Source: Owenia fusiformis
Taxonomy: Eukaryota
Assembly: GCA_903813345.2 (NCBI GenBank)
Contig: CAIIXF020000001.1
Location: 37,386,001-37,450,000 of the forward strand
DNA length: 64,000 bases
Reading direction: 5' to 3'
This document shows, in pieces, positions 41,574 to 52,542 of this stretch (positions are counted from its first letter, which is position 1; the number at the start of each line of letters is the position of its first letter). The notes under the pieces are model-generated. The model saw nothing but the letters and a program-made list of their open reading frames with translations. It ran no database searches and was not told the DNA's origin. The position numbers and the translations under genes were made by a program.

Positions 41574-41620
41574 TTTGGTTTCTTGTGGATTTCCGGTTCC
41601 GGTCAGAAAAATTCAAATCG
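41574..41620 (-). other. METAP1D: Probable non-coding first exon of METAP1D (5' boundary unknown)
   Basis: Minus-strand donor AACCAAA|GTAAGT at 41573; splicing to 34796 gives the Kozak-like context CCAAA-ATG. Confidence 0.55.
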
Positions 41621-41689
41621 AGGTTGCCGCGAAAAATCCCAAGTTTATTTTGAAGAGGACGTTGAATGTTCTCTATATTTGCGGAAAGA
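41591..41689. promoter_or_regulatory. Candidate bidirectional promoter, METAP1D / RNF216-like
   Basis: Tandem ETS cores TTCCGGTTCCGG (41591-41602) and GCGGAA (41681) lie between oppositely oriented donor sites ~125 bp apart. Confidence 0.55.
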
Positions 41690-41697
41690 ATGGACAG
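41690..41697 (+). CDS. RNF216: RNF216-like E3 ligase, probable first coding exon (ATG GAC AG)
   Basis: AAGAATGGACAG|GTATGT; phase 2 matches the acceptor at 49162 and gives MDRPLDEIEAQVMSDL. Confidence 0.6.
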
Positions 41698-41842
41698 GTA
41701 TGTATCACAGGAACTTGTAGCACTAACTCTATGAGTTGCTTATGTCAGATCTGAGTCAATATGTATATGATAAGAAGGACGATAACGCTTCACCATTTCT
41801 GGGAACTGAAGTAAAAAACACTTGCTGGGCTAGATCTATCTA

Positions 41843-42068
41843 CAGTTGGGGACATAAATAAATTTGCTGAAGTGAGGATTTCCCATGTTAAAAATAAGAG
41901 AATTTACAAGAGGCCATAAATCAGTGGATGAGATTATACAAAATGTAAAATATACAAATTTTAAGGGATATGTATCTAGACAATATTGGAAATTATGGGC
42001 TTTCAGACCACCATAATTAGGAAATGGTGATCGAAAATCGACCTGTCATTTATTTTTGTCCCCAACTG
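41843..42068. mobile_element. Tc1/mariner-type MITE (226 bp)
   Basis: TA|CAGTTGGGGACATAAATAAAT ... ATTTATTTTTGTCCCCAACTG|TA. Confidence 0.9.
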
Positions 42069-42189
42069 TACTGTTTTTTTCATGGCCTGAGTTCGTCGCT
42101 AACATGCTTAATATAAGAGTTAGCTGACGGTTGGGAGTCTGACTTACCTTCTAAAGGTTAGAACCCGGATCTTAATGAAACCATATCAC

Positions 42190-43136
42190 CACAGTCAGAG
42201 AGAATGTTTCTGGCGAAAATTCTGGGATTTCAAACACTTTGAAGTTGGGAAACCGGAAGGGCTTACCTTTTTCAATTCCCGAATCTCACTGAATCTCTCC
42301 GAAATTAGCTCATCTTGGTGACTGTCAATTGCACAGCTGTATTCAATGGAGTCTTGTCATATTCGATCAGCCTCAATATTTTCAACGTGATTTTATCGTT
42401 TTTTGTCGACTGGTAAGAAAACGCCGGGCAAATGGCAAGATGGATGACTTTTGACCTGACCTTGACCGATGGTGATCACGTCATCAATATTACCAAGATG
42501 GCGGTTTCAAAATTTTCTAAAATTGCTTCAAATAATATTATGTTAATTCCTAGCGAGTAAAGATATCTCTTAGTTTGCTATTTCACAATAAGATAACGAA
42601 ATGTGTAAGGAATTCGTATTTATCAATTAAAACATCACATCGACATTTGGTATTCGTAAACTAGACGATGAAGATAACGACCTCGAAAAAAAACAAAAGA
42701 GCGAGTACGGGATTCAAACCCGGGCCTCCAGCGTGCTAAGCGAGGATTCTCCCTCTAGACCACCGTTATATTACATATGGTGTTGGGAATTAAACGCTAC
42801 TTATTTTGAATGCTAATTCGGAAGTGACGTCACGTTCTTCACGTTTTGTTTGAGAGCGAGAACGAGACATGCCAGAAGCCCGGCTTTTTTGTCAGTCGAC
42901 CTGTTCAAAGTACATTTAGTGATAATTATCGCTTTTCAGAACAATTTAGGAAACAATATTTTCTATCTACGTCGATTACAAAGCATCTAAGGTACGTAAA
43001 TTTATATGAACAACTGAGTCAATAGGGATAAATAGCCCAACGAGAGTCGGCGGTCTTGAAAAATACTTGGATCTGATGCCAGTCCTGTTATTGATATACT
43101 TCCAGGGCAGTTCGAAGAACGTATTAGATGTCCGTG
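42190..43136. mobile_element. Nested 947-bp insertion with 8-bp TSD
   Basis: CATATCAC is duplicated at 42182-42189 and 43137-43144; the host TIR resumes right after; termini CACAGTCA...TGTCCGTG. Confidence 0.75.
42699..42770 (-). pseudogene. tRNA-derived sequence (Pro/Ala-like; pseudogene or SINE head)
   Basis: Minus strand GGTGGTCTAGAGG (A box)...CTCGCTTAGCACGC...CCCGGGTTTGAATCCCG (B box), then a T-run; the acceptor stem does not pair. Confidence 0.6.
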
Positions 43137-43904
43137 CATATCACCTTTGTTCCGTCAACCATGGAGCATTTGCCACGACATCCAAGAGGTAAATCATAGA
43201 CCGTGAAAATGAATGATTTCCTTGTAAGTTTTGGAAGTTTCAATACGAAAAATTACCGAACATATGTGAAAACCGAATATTTGTTCGTTGTTTTCACGAT
43301 TTACAGGTTCGTTTGTTCTTCAATGTTTTGGTCTAAATTATAAAGCATCACCAACAGGTCTTACTCTATTAATCGACTTATACAGCAGACGGCTCATATT
43401 TCTACGTAGCATTTCGTTCAGACCAATAGTGGGAGTGTAGATCACGCAGTTTCGTTCGTTGCGTACTTCACTTGAAATTGGTAATTTTAAATATTGGCTA
43501 CTTCACTTAGGTTGGCGGATGTAGAACATTGCTTAATATTCTTTTAATTTTCACACCAGACATGCTTGGTTGACACGTCAACAAAGTAAAGTTCAAGGGT
43601 CAATGCGTTATTTCGTGATAACTACAACCATGGGCTTTCATCTAGTTGAAAGCCCATGCTACAACGCCTTCCCGGAAGTCAACATTAATGAAAAATGAAA
43701 AAGTCGGAAAAGCATTTACACTAATTATTATCAAATGCTGTGTTTATGCATCATCAATGACGGAACAAAGGTGATATGGTTTCATTAAGATTCGGGTTCT
43801 AACCTTTAGAAGGTAAGTCAGACTCCCAAACGTCAGCTAACTCTTATATTTAGCATGTTAGCGACGGACTCAGGCCATGAAAAAAATAGTAGACCTATTG
43901 CAAG

Positions 43905-44105
43905 ACTTACGCCTGCCACAACCGTCGCCATGTTAATCAGTGTTTTTAAGTAGCGCAAGGATCCTGCCATGACCGTGGTAGTGTTATCGTGTAAGCCTGG
44001 TATAACCGTGACAGGCTGGTATAACCGTGACAATGCTGTATTATATTGCAAGGCCTGTCATGACCCTCGAAGTGTTATCGTGGAAGCCTGACGCGACCGT
44101 AGCCT
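43905..44105. repeat. Degenerate short tandem repeat (~35-bp scale)
   Basis: Recurring gcctg..atgaccgt / gtgttatcgtg / ctggtataaccgtgaca. Confidence 0.5.
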
Positions 44106-44864
44106 TTATTGTGGTTTATAAGCGAATGTGAATATTAATGTTTAGAAGTAATTTTGATTTTGACATGATTAAGGAAGTTAAACACCATGATCATAGTATT
44201 AAACTGTTTAATTGATATATATTCCATACACTTTTCTTTATCTTGATGTGAAATGAGAAGCTATGATATAGGTTAACACGCCAGAAATAATACTATTCGA
44301 ACATAATATTATTCGAATGCATATTTGAAAATTTTGAAACTGCCATTGATGACGTCATTTGTTTGACGACTTTTGACCAATCAGAGATGTATGTCATCTC
44401 AATACTAGGTTTACATTATAAGCGTATGTCATCTTTGAACTCTGGTGTTATTCCCCCTCTGCGAAATCACTAGAAAAAAACATGCCACACATTATGCGCA
44501 TTAAAGTTTAAACCAATCAGATTATTTGATTATTTTGCGCACATGAATTATTTGCTTCTAAGCACTTACTATTAAAGCTAATCATAATAAACAAACCTGA
44601 CAGATATTACCCTTACTTCATTTTAGCGAAATTCAGCTCAAACTCGTGACAAATGCATTATGCATACGCTGGTATGAAGCCTTGGAGACACTCATTTTGG
44701 TGAATATGATTTACGGTGGATACTTTTCTGCAGTTTGTGAGAGTTTGGGACATTTAATGTTAAAATTCAAGAAAATATGCCAACTATATCACTTATCAAT
44801 TAATTTATATCAGTACTGTATCTAATATTTAGTCTAATATTGAAGAATGAAGATTGATAGTGGT

Positions 44865-45210
44865 CACTGTGAAAAAAAGGTGTGTATATTGAATATTCGG
44901 ACGTCTCCCCTACCGACAATATTGTCAGTACGGGAGACTGCCCAGTGAGTATTTGCTCCCGTATCGCAGTTGTCGGTACTGGAGACTGCCCAGGGAGTAT
45001 TTGCTTGGGTACCGACAATTGTCGTCCCTCTATCGTCTCCTAGCAGGGCGAGATAGAGGACCGACATATTGTCAGTAAATGAGACTGCCCAGTGAGTATT
45101 TGTTCCCGCACCGACAGTGAGTATTTGTTCCTGTACCGACAATTGTCGGTACGGGAACAAATACTCATTGGGCAGTCTCCCGTACTGACAATTGTCGGTA
45201 CTGGGTATTT
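44865..45210. repeat. Cluster of direct and inverted subrepeats (probable transposon end)
   Basis: GAGACTGCCCAGTGAGTATTTG(T/C)TCCCG three times direct and once inverted; the palindrome CCGACAATTGTCGG is repeated; begins CACTGTG. Confidence 0.6.
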
Positions 45211-45232
45211 TCAAAAATAAATACACTAATGA

Positions 45233-46083
45233 CACCCTATGCAGACAGAGCCTGTGGGAAATATTGGGTGCGGAGCAAATGAGCGGAGGGTGCAGAGCTA
45301 ATGGTCATTTTTGAATTTAAATTTGGGATATTTCTGAAACTAAGCCGTTTTGGGACTTCAAATATACCAAGATATGTGTATTTGACAGCAAATATCAATA
45401 CAATTGTGAAAATAGTAACGCAATTCATTCTATAGCGACGCAGTGTGCCTTAAACCTTTCCCAGACCTATATATTTTGAAATTATCTGTTTAATACTAAG
45501 TCCCCAGCATTCATAAAAAATGGTGTTCAAGGTACACTATCTATACAAATTATTTTTGCATCTTGGAAGCCAGGCAGTATCTGTGTGATTTTATAAAAAT
45601 TCGGAAATGTTTTTCAGATATGAGCCCCCTCTAAATATTGGGTGCGGAGGAGCTCCATAAACGTACCTCCGCACCCAATATTTAGAGGGGGCTCATATCT
45701 GAAGAACATTTCCGATTTTTTATAAAATCACACAGATACTGCCTGGCTTCCAAGATGCAAAAATAATTTGCATGGGTAGTGTATCTTGAACACCATTTTT
45801 TATGAATGCTGGGGACGCAGTATTAAAAGGATAGTCTCAAAATATATAGGTCTGGGAAATGTTTAAGGCATAATGCGTCGCTATAAAATGAATTGCACTA
45901 CTATTTTCACAATTTTATTGATATTTGGTGTCAAATACACATATCTTGATATATTTGAAGTCCCAAAACGGCTTAGTTTCAGAAATATCCCAATTTTAAA
46001 TTCAAAAATGACCGTTAGCTCCGCACCCGTCGCTCATTTGCGCCACACCCAATATTTCCCACAGGCTCTGTCTGCATAGGGTG
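45233..46083. mobile_element. 851-bp foldback element, CAC...GTG termini, 5-bp TSD
   Basis: Arms 45233-45650 and 45666-46083 (418 bp each), 15-bp spacer; TSD AATGA at 45228-45232 and 46084-46088. Confidence 0.93.
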
Positions 46084-46137
46084 AATGACGAAGTAACAGC
46101 ATACGTCACAGTTCGACACATCTCCTCTACATCTATT

Positions 46138-47419
46138 TAACAAAATGGATGGACTTCCATCGGAGTAATTTTTTGTTATCCCATCGAACGAAGTTCGGAG
46201 GGATATAGGGAACGCCTCCGTCCGTCCGTCTGTCTGTACGTACGTCCATTTGTCCGTCCGGACCATAACTCAAATACCGTTGGCCCGATTTTGTTCATAT
46301 TTTGTACACATATACCTTATGGGGGTAGAAGTTCTGCTCGAGAGCCGATTCTCAAAATGGCCGCTCATTTAAAAATGGCGGCCATTTTAGTGACGATTTT
46401 ATAGTAATTTATGTGCAATATGTAAAACTGTAATAGCAATATGTTTTAAATGTAAAAAAATTATGTAGGACATTAATAAAACTAGAAATGTAGATATTAA
46501 AAAAGCAAATGGCAGCCATCTTGAAAAATGGCGGCCTTTACTCGTTATTTTACGATTTTTGCTGTAACTCGAAAAGTAGTGGAGCGATTTTGTTCATATT
46601 TGGTATGTGAATACTATAAGCATGGCACACTGTCAAATGACACTTTTGGTAGAAGGCGGCCTTTTTGAAAAATGGCGGACATTTTGAAAAATGGCCGCCA
46701 TTTTAACTTATTTTAATATAACTTGAAAAGTGGTGGAGCGATTTTGTTCATATTTGGTATGTGAATACTATAAGCATGGCACACTGTCTAATGACACTTT
46801 TGGTAGAAGGCAGCCATTTTTTTAGAATGGCCGCCATTTTAACGTATTTTACTATTACTCGAAAAGTAGTAGAACGATTTTGTTCATATTTGGTATGTGA
46901 ATATTATAAGCATGGCACACTGTCTAATGACGCTTTTGGTAGAAGTTGGCCATTTTGAAAAATGGCCGCCATTTTAACATATTTTACTATAACCCGAAAA
47001 GTAGGGAGTGATTTTGTTCATATTTGGTATGTGAATACTATAAGCATGGCACACTGTCGAATGATACTTTTGGTAGAAGGTGGCCATTTTGAAAAATGGC
47101 TGCCATTTTTGCTATATACTTTGTTTGTAAAAATGCCAGCCATGGCTGTTCGATGGGATTCGCTACGCTTTGGCGTTGCCGTTGTTCTGGTTTTCATCAT
47201 TTTCACCAAGAAGGAGGTCAATTTGTATCCAAATATTTTACCTGTATGTTAATAGCGATATCTGGTTACTGAAAAACTAGTCAGTCATTTTTGTGACAGA
47301 TTCACTTTTTAGTAACCGGATGTTACTTATAACATATGGGTACAATATTTGGAAATTAATCAACCTCCTTCAAATGAAAATAAAAATTACCTCTGACGGA
47401 AGTTCATCCATTTTGTTAT
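46138..47419. mobile_element. Older palindromic MITE split by the HINE insertion
   Basis: taacaaaatggatggacttccatcggagtaatttt (46138) plus gaaggaggtcaattt...ctggttactgaaaa (47210-47276) is the reverse complement of 47305-47419. Confidence 0.75.
46173..47192 (+). mobile_element. Helentron-associated (HINE/DINE-1/pearl-like) element with internal tandem repeats
   Basis: Subterminal IRs ATCCCATCGAAC (46178-46189) / GTTCGATGGGAT (47148-47159); (GTCC/GTCT)n microsatellite; about 4 units of 133-153 bp; 3' short hairpin; T-rich insertion site. Confidence 0.85.
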
Positions 47420-47891
47420 AAAGACAATGCCATCTTTTTTATGATATATACATTTCTTACGATTTTTACCCGATCATGCAGATTTTACTGGATAGTGTTG
47501 TTTGATCCCTACCTGTGAATTATTATTCAATGCTTTATTGTACTAAAAATCCCTTTCGGGTGAGTGTACAGCAAATAAACACAATAAAATAAAAATACAA
47601 CTATACATACAATTACAATAACATACAATGCAAATTTTACATGGCATATAATGACAATATAATGTGATTGACTGATCATTAGATGTATACCAACAACTAC
47701 TATTAGCCTACATGTATATATTTATATTGATAATATATTTGATCTCTTTTCAATTATTTCATAAAGGTATTTTGCAAAGGTGATACACATGTTACCCTCA
47801 GCATTAAACATATAATAAGCCTTTTCTTCGGTAGTCAATACAGTTAGATTTGGGCAAATCGAGTTAAACGTATCAAAGTATTCATATCTCA

Positions 47892-48665
47892 TTTTTTATC
47901 ACACCATCGGTGGGATATAGTCGTCATACTGGTCGTGATCGTGGTCGTGGTCGTGATCGTGATCGTCCCGCTTTTTGTCATCGCCGTTTAAGGAAAACTG
48001 CTCATCAGATTTTCTCCAAATTTGCAGAGATGATAGAGCATATGAAGTACTAGAGCTGATTAACTTTTGGGTGGCCATCTTGTTTTCTGGCGGCCATTTT
48101 GAAGGTTTTTCGAAAAATCTTGTCATCGCCATTTCAGCAAAACCGCTCATTGGATTTCCTTCAAATTTACACAAATGATAGAGGATATCAAGTACTAGAG
48201 CTGATTAACTTTTGGGCGGCCATTTTGTTTTCTGGCAGCCATTTTGAAGATTTTTCGAAAAATCTTGTCATCGCCATTTCAGAAAATCTGCTCATCAGAT
48301 TTCCTTCAAATTTACACACATGATAGAGGATATCAAGTACTAGAGCTGATTAACTTTTGGGTGGCCATCTTGTTTTCTGGTGGCCATTTTGAAGGTTTTT
48401 CGAAAAATCTTGTCATCGCCATTTTAGGAAAACCACTCATCGGATTTCCTTCAAATTTACACAAATGATAGAGGATATCAAGTACTAGAGCTGATTAACT
48501 TTTGGGCGGCCATCTTGTTTTCTGGTGGCCATTTTGAAGGTTTTTCGAAAAATCTTGTCATCGCCATTTTAGGAAAACCGCTCATCGGATTTCCTTCAAA
48601 TTTACACAAATGATAGAGGATATCAAGTACTAGAGCTGATTAACTTTTGGGCGGCCATCTTTTTT
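47892..48665 (+). mobile_element. Second HINE-like element (3'-truncated) with a 145-bp tandem array
   Basis: T-run, then ttatcacaccatcggtgggatatag hairpin; (TCGTGR)n microsatellite; gatagag recurs at 48032, 48177, 48322, 48467 and 48612. Confidence 0.8.
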
Positions 48666-48759
48666 TCTTGTTCTTGAAATTTGTAAACATAATAGGGGAA
48701 CAGTTTTCCTGGTTCATAGTGTCTGCCTATTTGATGGTGTGATCTCGTTCACGTCCTGT

Positions 48760-49010
48760 GCCTTGTTCCAATTTTTGACACTCAAAAATAAAATGAGTTT
48801 CCGTACCAGTGTTGATTTTACATAATATGCATTTTCTTTGATCTCTCAGAATTATTGGTCTTATATATCTTCCTCGCTCTATTTCTAAATTGTGTGCACT
48901 TATTCTTAATCGCGTCATAGATTTCCTATGTTCAGCGTTCTTTATTAAATTCAAATATGGTTCTTTTCCCCATCGTTGTTTGATATTATTCAAAAATTCT
49001 AATTTCCCTT
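48760..49010 (-). mobile_element. LINE ORF2 C-terminal fragment
   Basis: EPYLNLIKNAEHRKSMTRLRISAHNLEIERGRY...RKCILC...ETHFIFEC, the typical C-terminal Cys/His region of non-LTR retrotransposon ORF2. Confidence 0.8.
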
Positions 49011-49161
49011 TAATTAATTTGAGATTTACTTTTGTGACTTTTGGAGAACCTAGAAAAAGAATATAAGAATCTATTGAGGTAATATATAGACGTCAAAATA
49101 CCCAAGGGGAGACCATCCCCACTACTCTGTAAAGTAATAAATGAACCCAACTCTTTTGTAG

Positions 49162-49448
49162 ACCACTAGATGAGATAGAGGCTCAGGTCATGAGTGATTT
49201 AAGGATGATTTTCGCACAGATTGATGAAAAATATCTGAAGAAAAGTGTGTTGCATTCCTCTAATCGTCAGTTGCCCTACAGCAAAAACATCTTACTCCAA
49301 AGATGCATCGATGATATCCTAGATGAGAGGACCAAAAACATGCCAGATGAGACTGTTGCAAAATTAGGAGCATCCCCAAATCATTCTTTTGTGAATGACA
49401 GACAAACTAATATGGGAACTGCTAACAGAAAAAATGATGAGGATAAAG
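49162..49448 (+). CDS. RNF216: RNF216-like exon 2
   Basis: cttttgtag| open frame PLDEIEAQVMSDLRMIFAQIDEKYL...; G|GTAACT donor, phase 1. Confidence 0.75.
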
Positions 49449-49628
49449 GTAACTTATAAAAGATTTTATACAAAGATCCATACTTTACAGAGACATGCTT
49501 CAATTTATATCAAGTGAATAGGCTACAGTTATTTAGATCTTTTTCTGACTAAATCGAATTACTGGATCAATTACTGGGATCAAACAAATACAATTGCAGC
49601 AAACATTTTTCTTTGATTCTTGTTTCAG

Positions 49629-49733
49629 TTGCTGCTGCTCCTGATCTGCATATTGAGGCCGACATGTCGGATGACTCTGATTACTCATTGAGCTCTCAGC
49701 TGTCGGAGGACAAGAGTTCAAATCTCTCAGATG
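49629..49733 (+). CDS. RNF216: RNF216-like exon 3
   Basis: tgtttcag| VAAAPDLHIEADMSDDSDYSLSSQLSEDKSSNLSD |gtaaat; phase 1/1. Confidence 0.75.
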
Positions 49734-50183
49734 GTAAATGCAAGATATTGCTGTTATCTACTCTAGTTCTCATTGTTGCAATTTCAGGAAAAGTGCTTTG
49801 GATTTTCTACAAATATGTACCCAGTTGTTGGCTATTTCAGGAAAACTTCTCTTCAGATTTTCTTGAAATTAATGCATGTTATATCAATATTTTGGGTGGC
49901 TACATTATTGTTTGATTTCATTGTCATGTACCTTGTTCTGTTTTGAAGTTAACACCAAGCAAAGATTACATGTAAGTAAATTATTGGAAACTTTTTTTTT
50001 GATTTTATCGGTGATGTTATAGCCGATTATGATTTTAGAGGGGATATTGTTGGAGAGTATGATTTTAGAGAAAATCTTTGAGATGAATAGGATTTAAGAG
50101 GCAGTAATGTACACATAATTTATGTCTTCTTGTATTTTGCCTGTATTTAATGTAAATTACTTAATTCTTTTTTATTCTTGTAG

Positions 50184-50286
50184 ATGAGGATCTGATTGAT
50201 GCTTCACAAGTCACAGGCATTACTCCTAAACGATCCAAAGATATTGTATCTGGACGTATTATTGAAGGAGGTGTTGAGAAAGTCAG
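50184..50286 (+). CDS. RNF216: RNF216-like exon 4
   Basis: ttcttgtag| DEDLIDASQVTGITPKRSKDIVSGRIIEGGVEKV AG|gtatgg; phase 1/2. Confidence 0.75.
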
Positions 50287-50599
50287 GTATGGAGTAATAC
50301 AGTATCTAACTAATCCTGCTTTTAAGGCTTACTGTAGTAGAAAACTAAACACTACTATTTAAGTATAGGTAGTATAGGTATCAGATGGCATTATATTAGT
50401 GAATGTTATATTCAAGTATTTTGGCGATGTTCTGCGAACATGAACAAGCATTAAAATTGCTAAAATCAAATGCTTGTAGGTCATCATATTACACCAACAC
50501 TAGGGGCTTCCTCATATTCAAGCAGTTCTAAGAGCTGTTGGTTAAGACCCTAAAACTCGTTCATGCGCTAATGATGAATTCTAAATATTCTTTTTCCAG

Positions 50600-52542
50600 G
50601 AGACAATCGGATGATAACCTGGAGAGAAGTGTGACAACATTAAACTCTACAATTTCACTGTTAGAAACACCTGAAGCTATCATTCACAGCCCAATGATAA
50701 AACCGCCAACACCCAAAGCTAACCATAGAACCACATTGATTAAGCCACCAGCAACATTTGGATCACCAATGACTTCAACTCCCAACTTTGATCAACATAG
50801 GCATAATAAACAGAACAGTAGTACTGACTTTGGTTCTAGTAGATATCACAAACCAAATAACAATAAAATGAATCATAGTCATAGCGATAGTGAGTTTACA
50901 CGTAATAGTTCTCCACAAAACATTGTCACAAAGATTCCTAGTAGTGAACCCAGGATAAAAGCAAGCAGTTTTAAACCATTCCTAGATAAACAAAACAAGG
51001 TCGAAGATGAACTTCCTGAAATGTTAGGCCCTAGAGGTACAAAATTATCTCCACCTTCACTTCATAGAAAGTTCTCTGACTCTCTGTACACTCAGTCAGG
51101 GATTTCCATGCACAATAGACAAACTCCTTCCAGTTTCATATCATCAACGGAGAACCCCTTGAAACGATCATATAAAGACATTGACAATGACTCCCTACCA
51201 GACCTAACTAGGAAGCGTACAGTCTCTATAAGCCCTATAAAGCCTCCTAAGCTAACACTACCAAACAAGGCAACTAACCTGCAAGTCACATTCTCTCCAA
51301 ATAAATCAGCGGCACCAGACATTGTTAAACCAGCGAAACTTAATTTTGGCAATGTTTCACCAAAAAAGGTGCCAAGTCCGAAGCGTCCTATCTTGAATCC
51401 TGCTACTTTTATTGGTCCACAGGGAGCTAGACAAAAAACGTTGACAAAGTTATCAAAAAGATTTGATAATATCAGTGACCCACCCTTTGATAACTCAGCT
51501 GAAGTTCACACACTAGGGTCATGTGTAAAAAAGTCATCCAATGGGCAAGAGGAAATAAAGGCAGACATTGAGCCTATTGATATTGGTTATGTACCTGGTT
51601 CTACAATAGACTTGACCAAAGCCCGAACTGAAAATACTATTGACTTAAGTATAGCACAAGGTCCTACAATTGATTTAACAAAACACACACAAGGGCCGAC
51701 AATTGACTTAACGAAGCATAATCCAAATAATGCTATAGCCATTATTACAGAAGAAAAGTTAGTAAGTCCTGATAAACAATATAATCCAGGTAATGCCAGA
51801 GCCATTATTATGGAAGAAAAGTTAATAAGTCCCGATAGACAAGATCCAAAAAGAACCACAAAGATTCATTCAAAAAAATCTCTAAAAAATTCAATTCAAT
51901 TCAATGCCAAGGTTGGAAAAAGTTGAAAAAACATTAGGACACATGCGGGCTGGATTGCGTGCAATAGAACAGATGATAGCAGAAGATGAGCCCCCAAATG
52001 CACATAAGCCCATTCTTGATCTGTATCCAAACATTCATAGTGGACTACCAAAGAAAAATCAAAGCAATGATATGAATCTGATACAGTCTCCTCCAAGGAA
52101 TAAACCGCACACAGTTCCTGATCAGTTATATCAAGTCCCTAAGGTGGTCAACAGGCCTATTATAAGACTACCATATGGAAGGCCTGATCCATACATTGGG
52201 GTCAACATTCCTGCTCAACCAAACAGAGCTCCTGACCCTCTCTTGAGACTAGTCAATCCTGAATTAAAGAAAACACCTAACAACCCATTAGATAGGGATC
52301 TAATACCTCGCCTAGTTATAGACCCACCTGAGCAAACTAAAGAGACTCCAAAACTGCATAATAATAATAAGGTTGAAGCAATCCTACCTACTACTGAAAA
52401 AGTTCAGCAACAACCACATGCCACATTTGACAATGAAGGGTTTCAGCATTATGACGAGGAAGCTTTCGGCAGCTATGTTCTGCCACCACCGCCCCCTCCA
52501 GTCACCATAGAAACCACAAGGGATGAGGTCCGTAAACAAATT
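50600..52542 (+). CDS. RNF216: RNF216-like exon 5 (large disordered exon with SIM cluster; +1 frameshift near 51886-51926)
   Basis: tttttccag| acceptor; ORFs 50538-51926 and 51904-52584 overlap in different frames; ATT|GTAAGT donor at 52542. The length, 1943 nt, is one base more than the flanking phases allow. Confidence 0.75.

Larger units (their letters stand above)
42069..43892. mobile_element. Non-autonomous DNA transposon with ~130-bp TIRs, hosting nested insertions
   Basis: 42071-42189 plus 43145-43155 is the near-perfect reverse complement of 43759-43890; TSD not resolved. Confidence 0.85.

Noticed and set aside
42699..42770. Functional tRNA gene
   Set aside because: The acceptor and anticodon stems do not pair properly; kept only as a tRNA-derived sequence.
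45237..46079. Pair of similar ORFs on opposite strands (MNCxTIFTI...)
   Set aside because: Mirror translations of the foldback arms; the same applies to 54240-54500 vs 57700-57894.
51762..52040. Intron (GTAAGT at 51762 to catag at ~52040) to bypass the frameshift
   Set aside because: Phases are incompatible (0 vs 2), and the skipped region reads as coding sequence.
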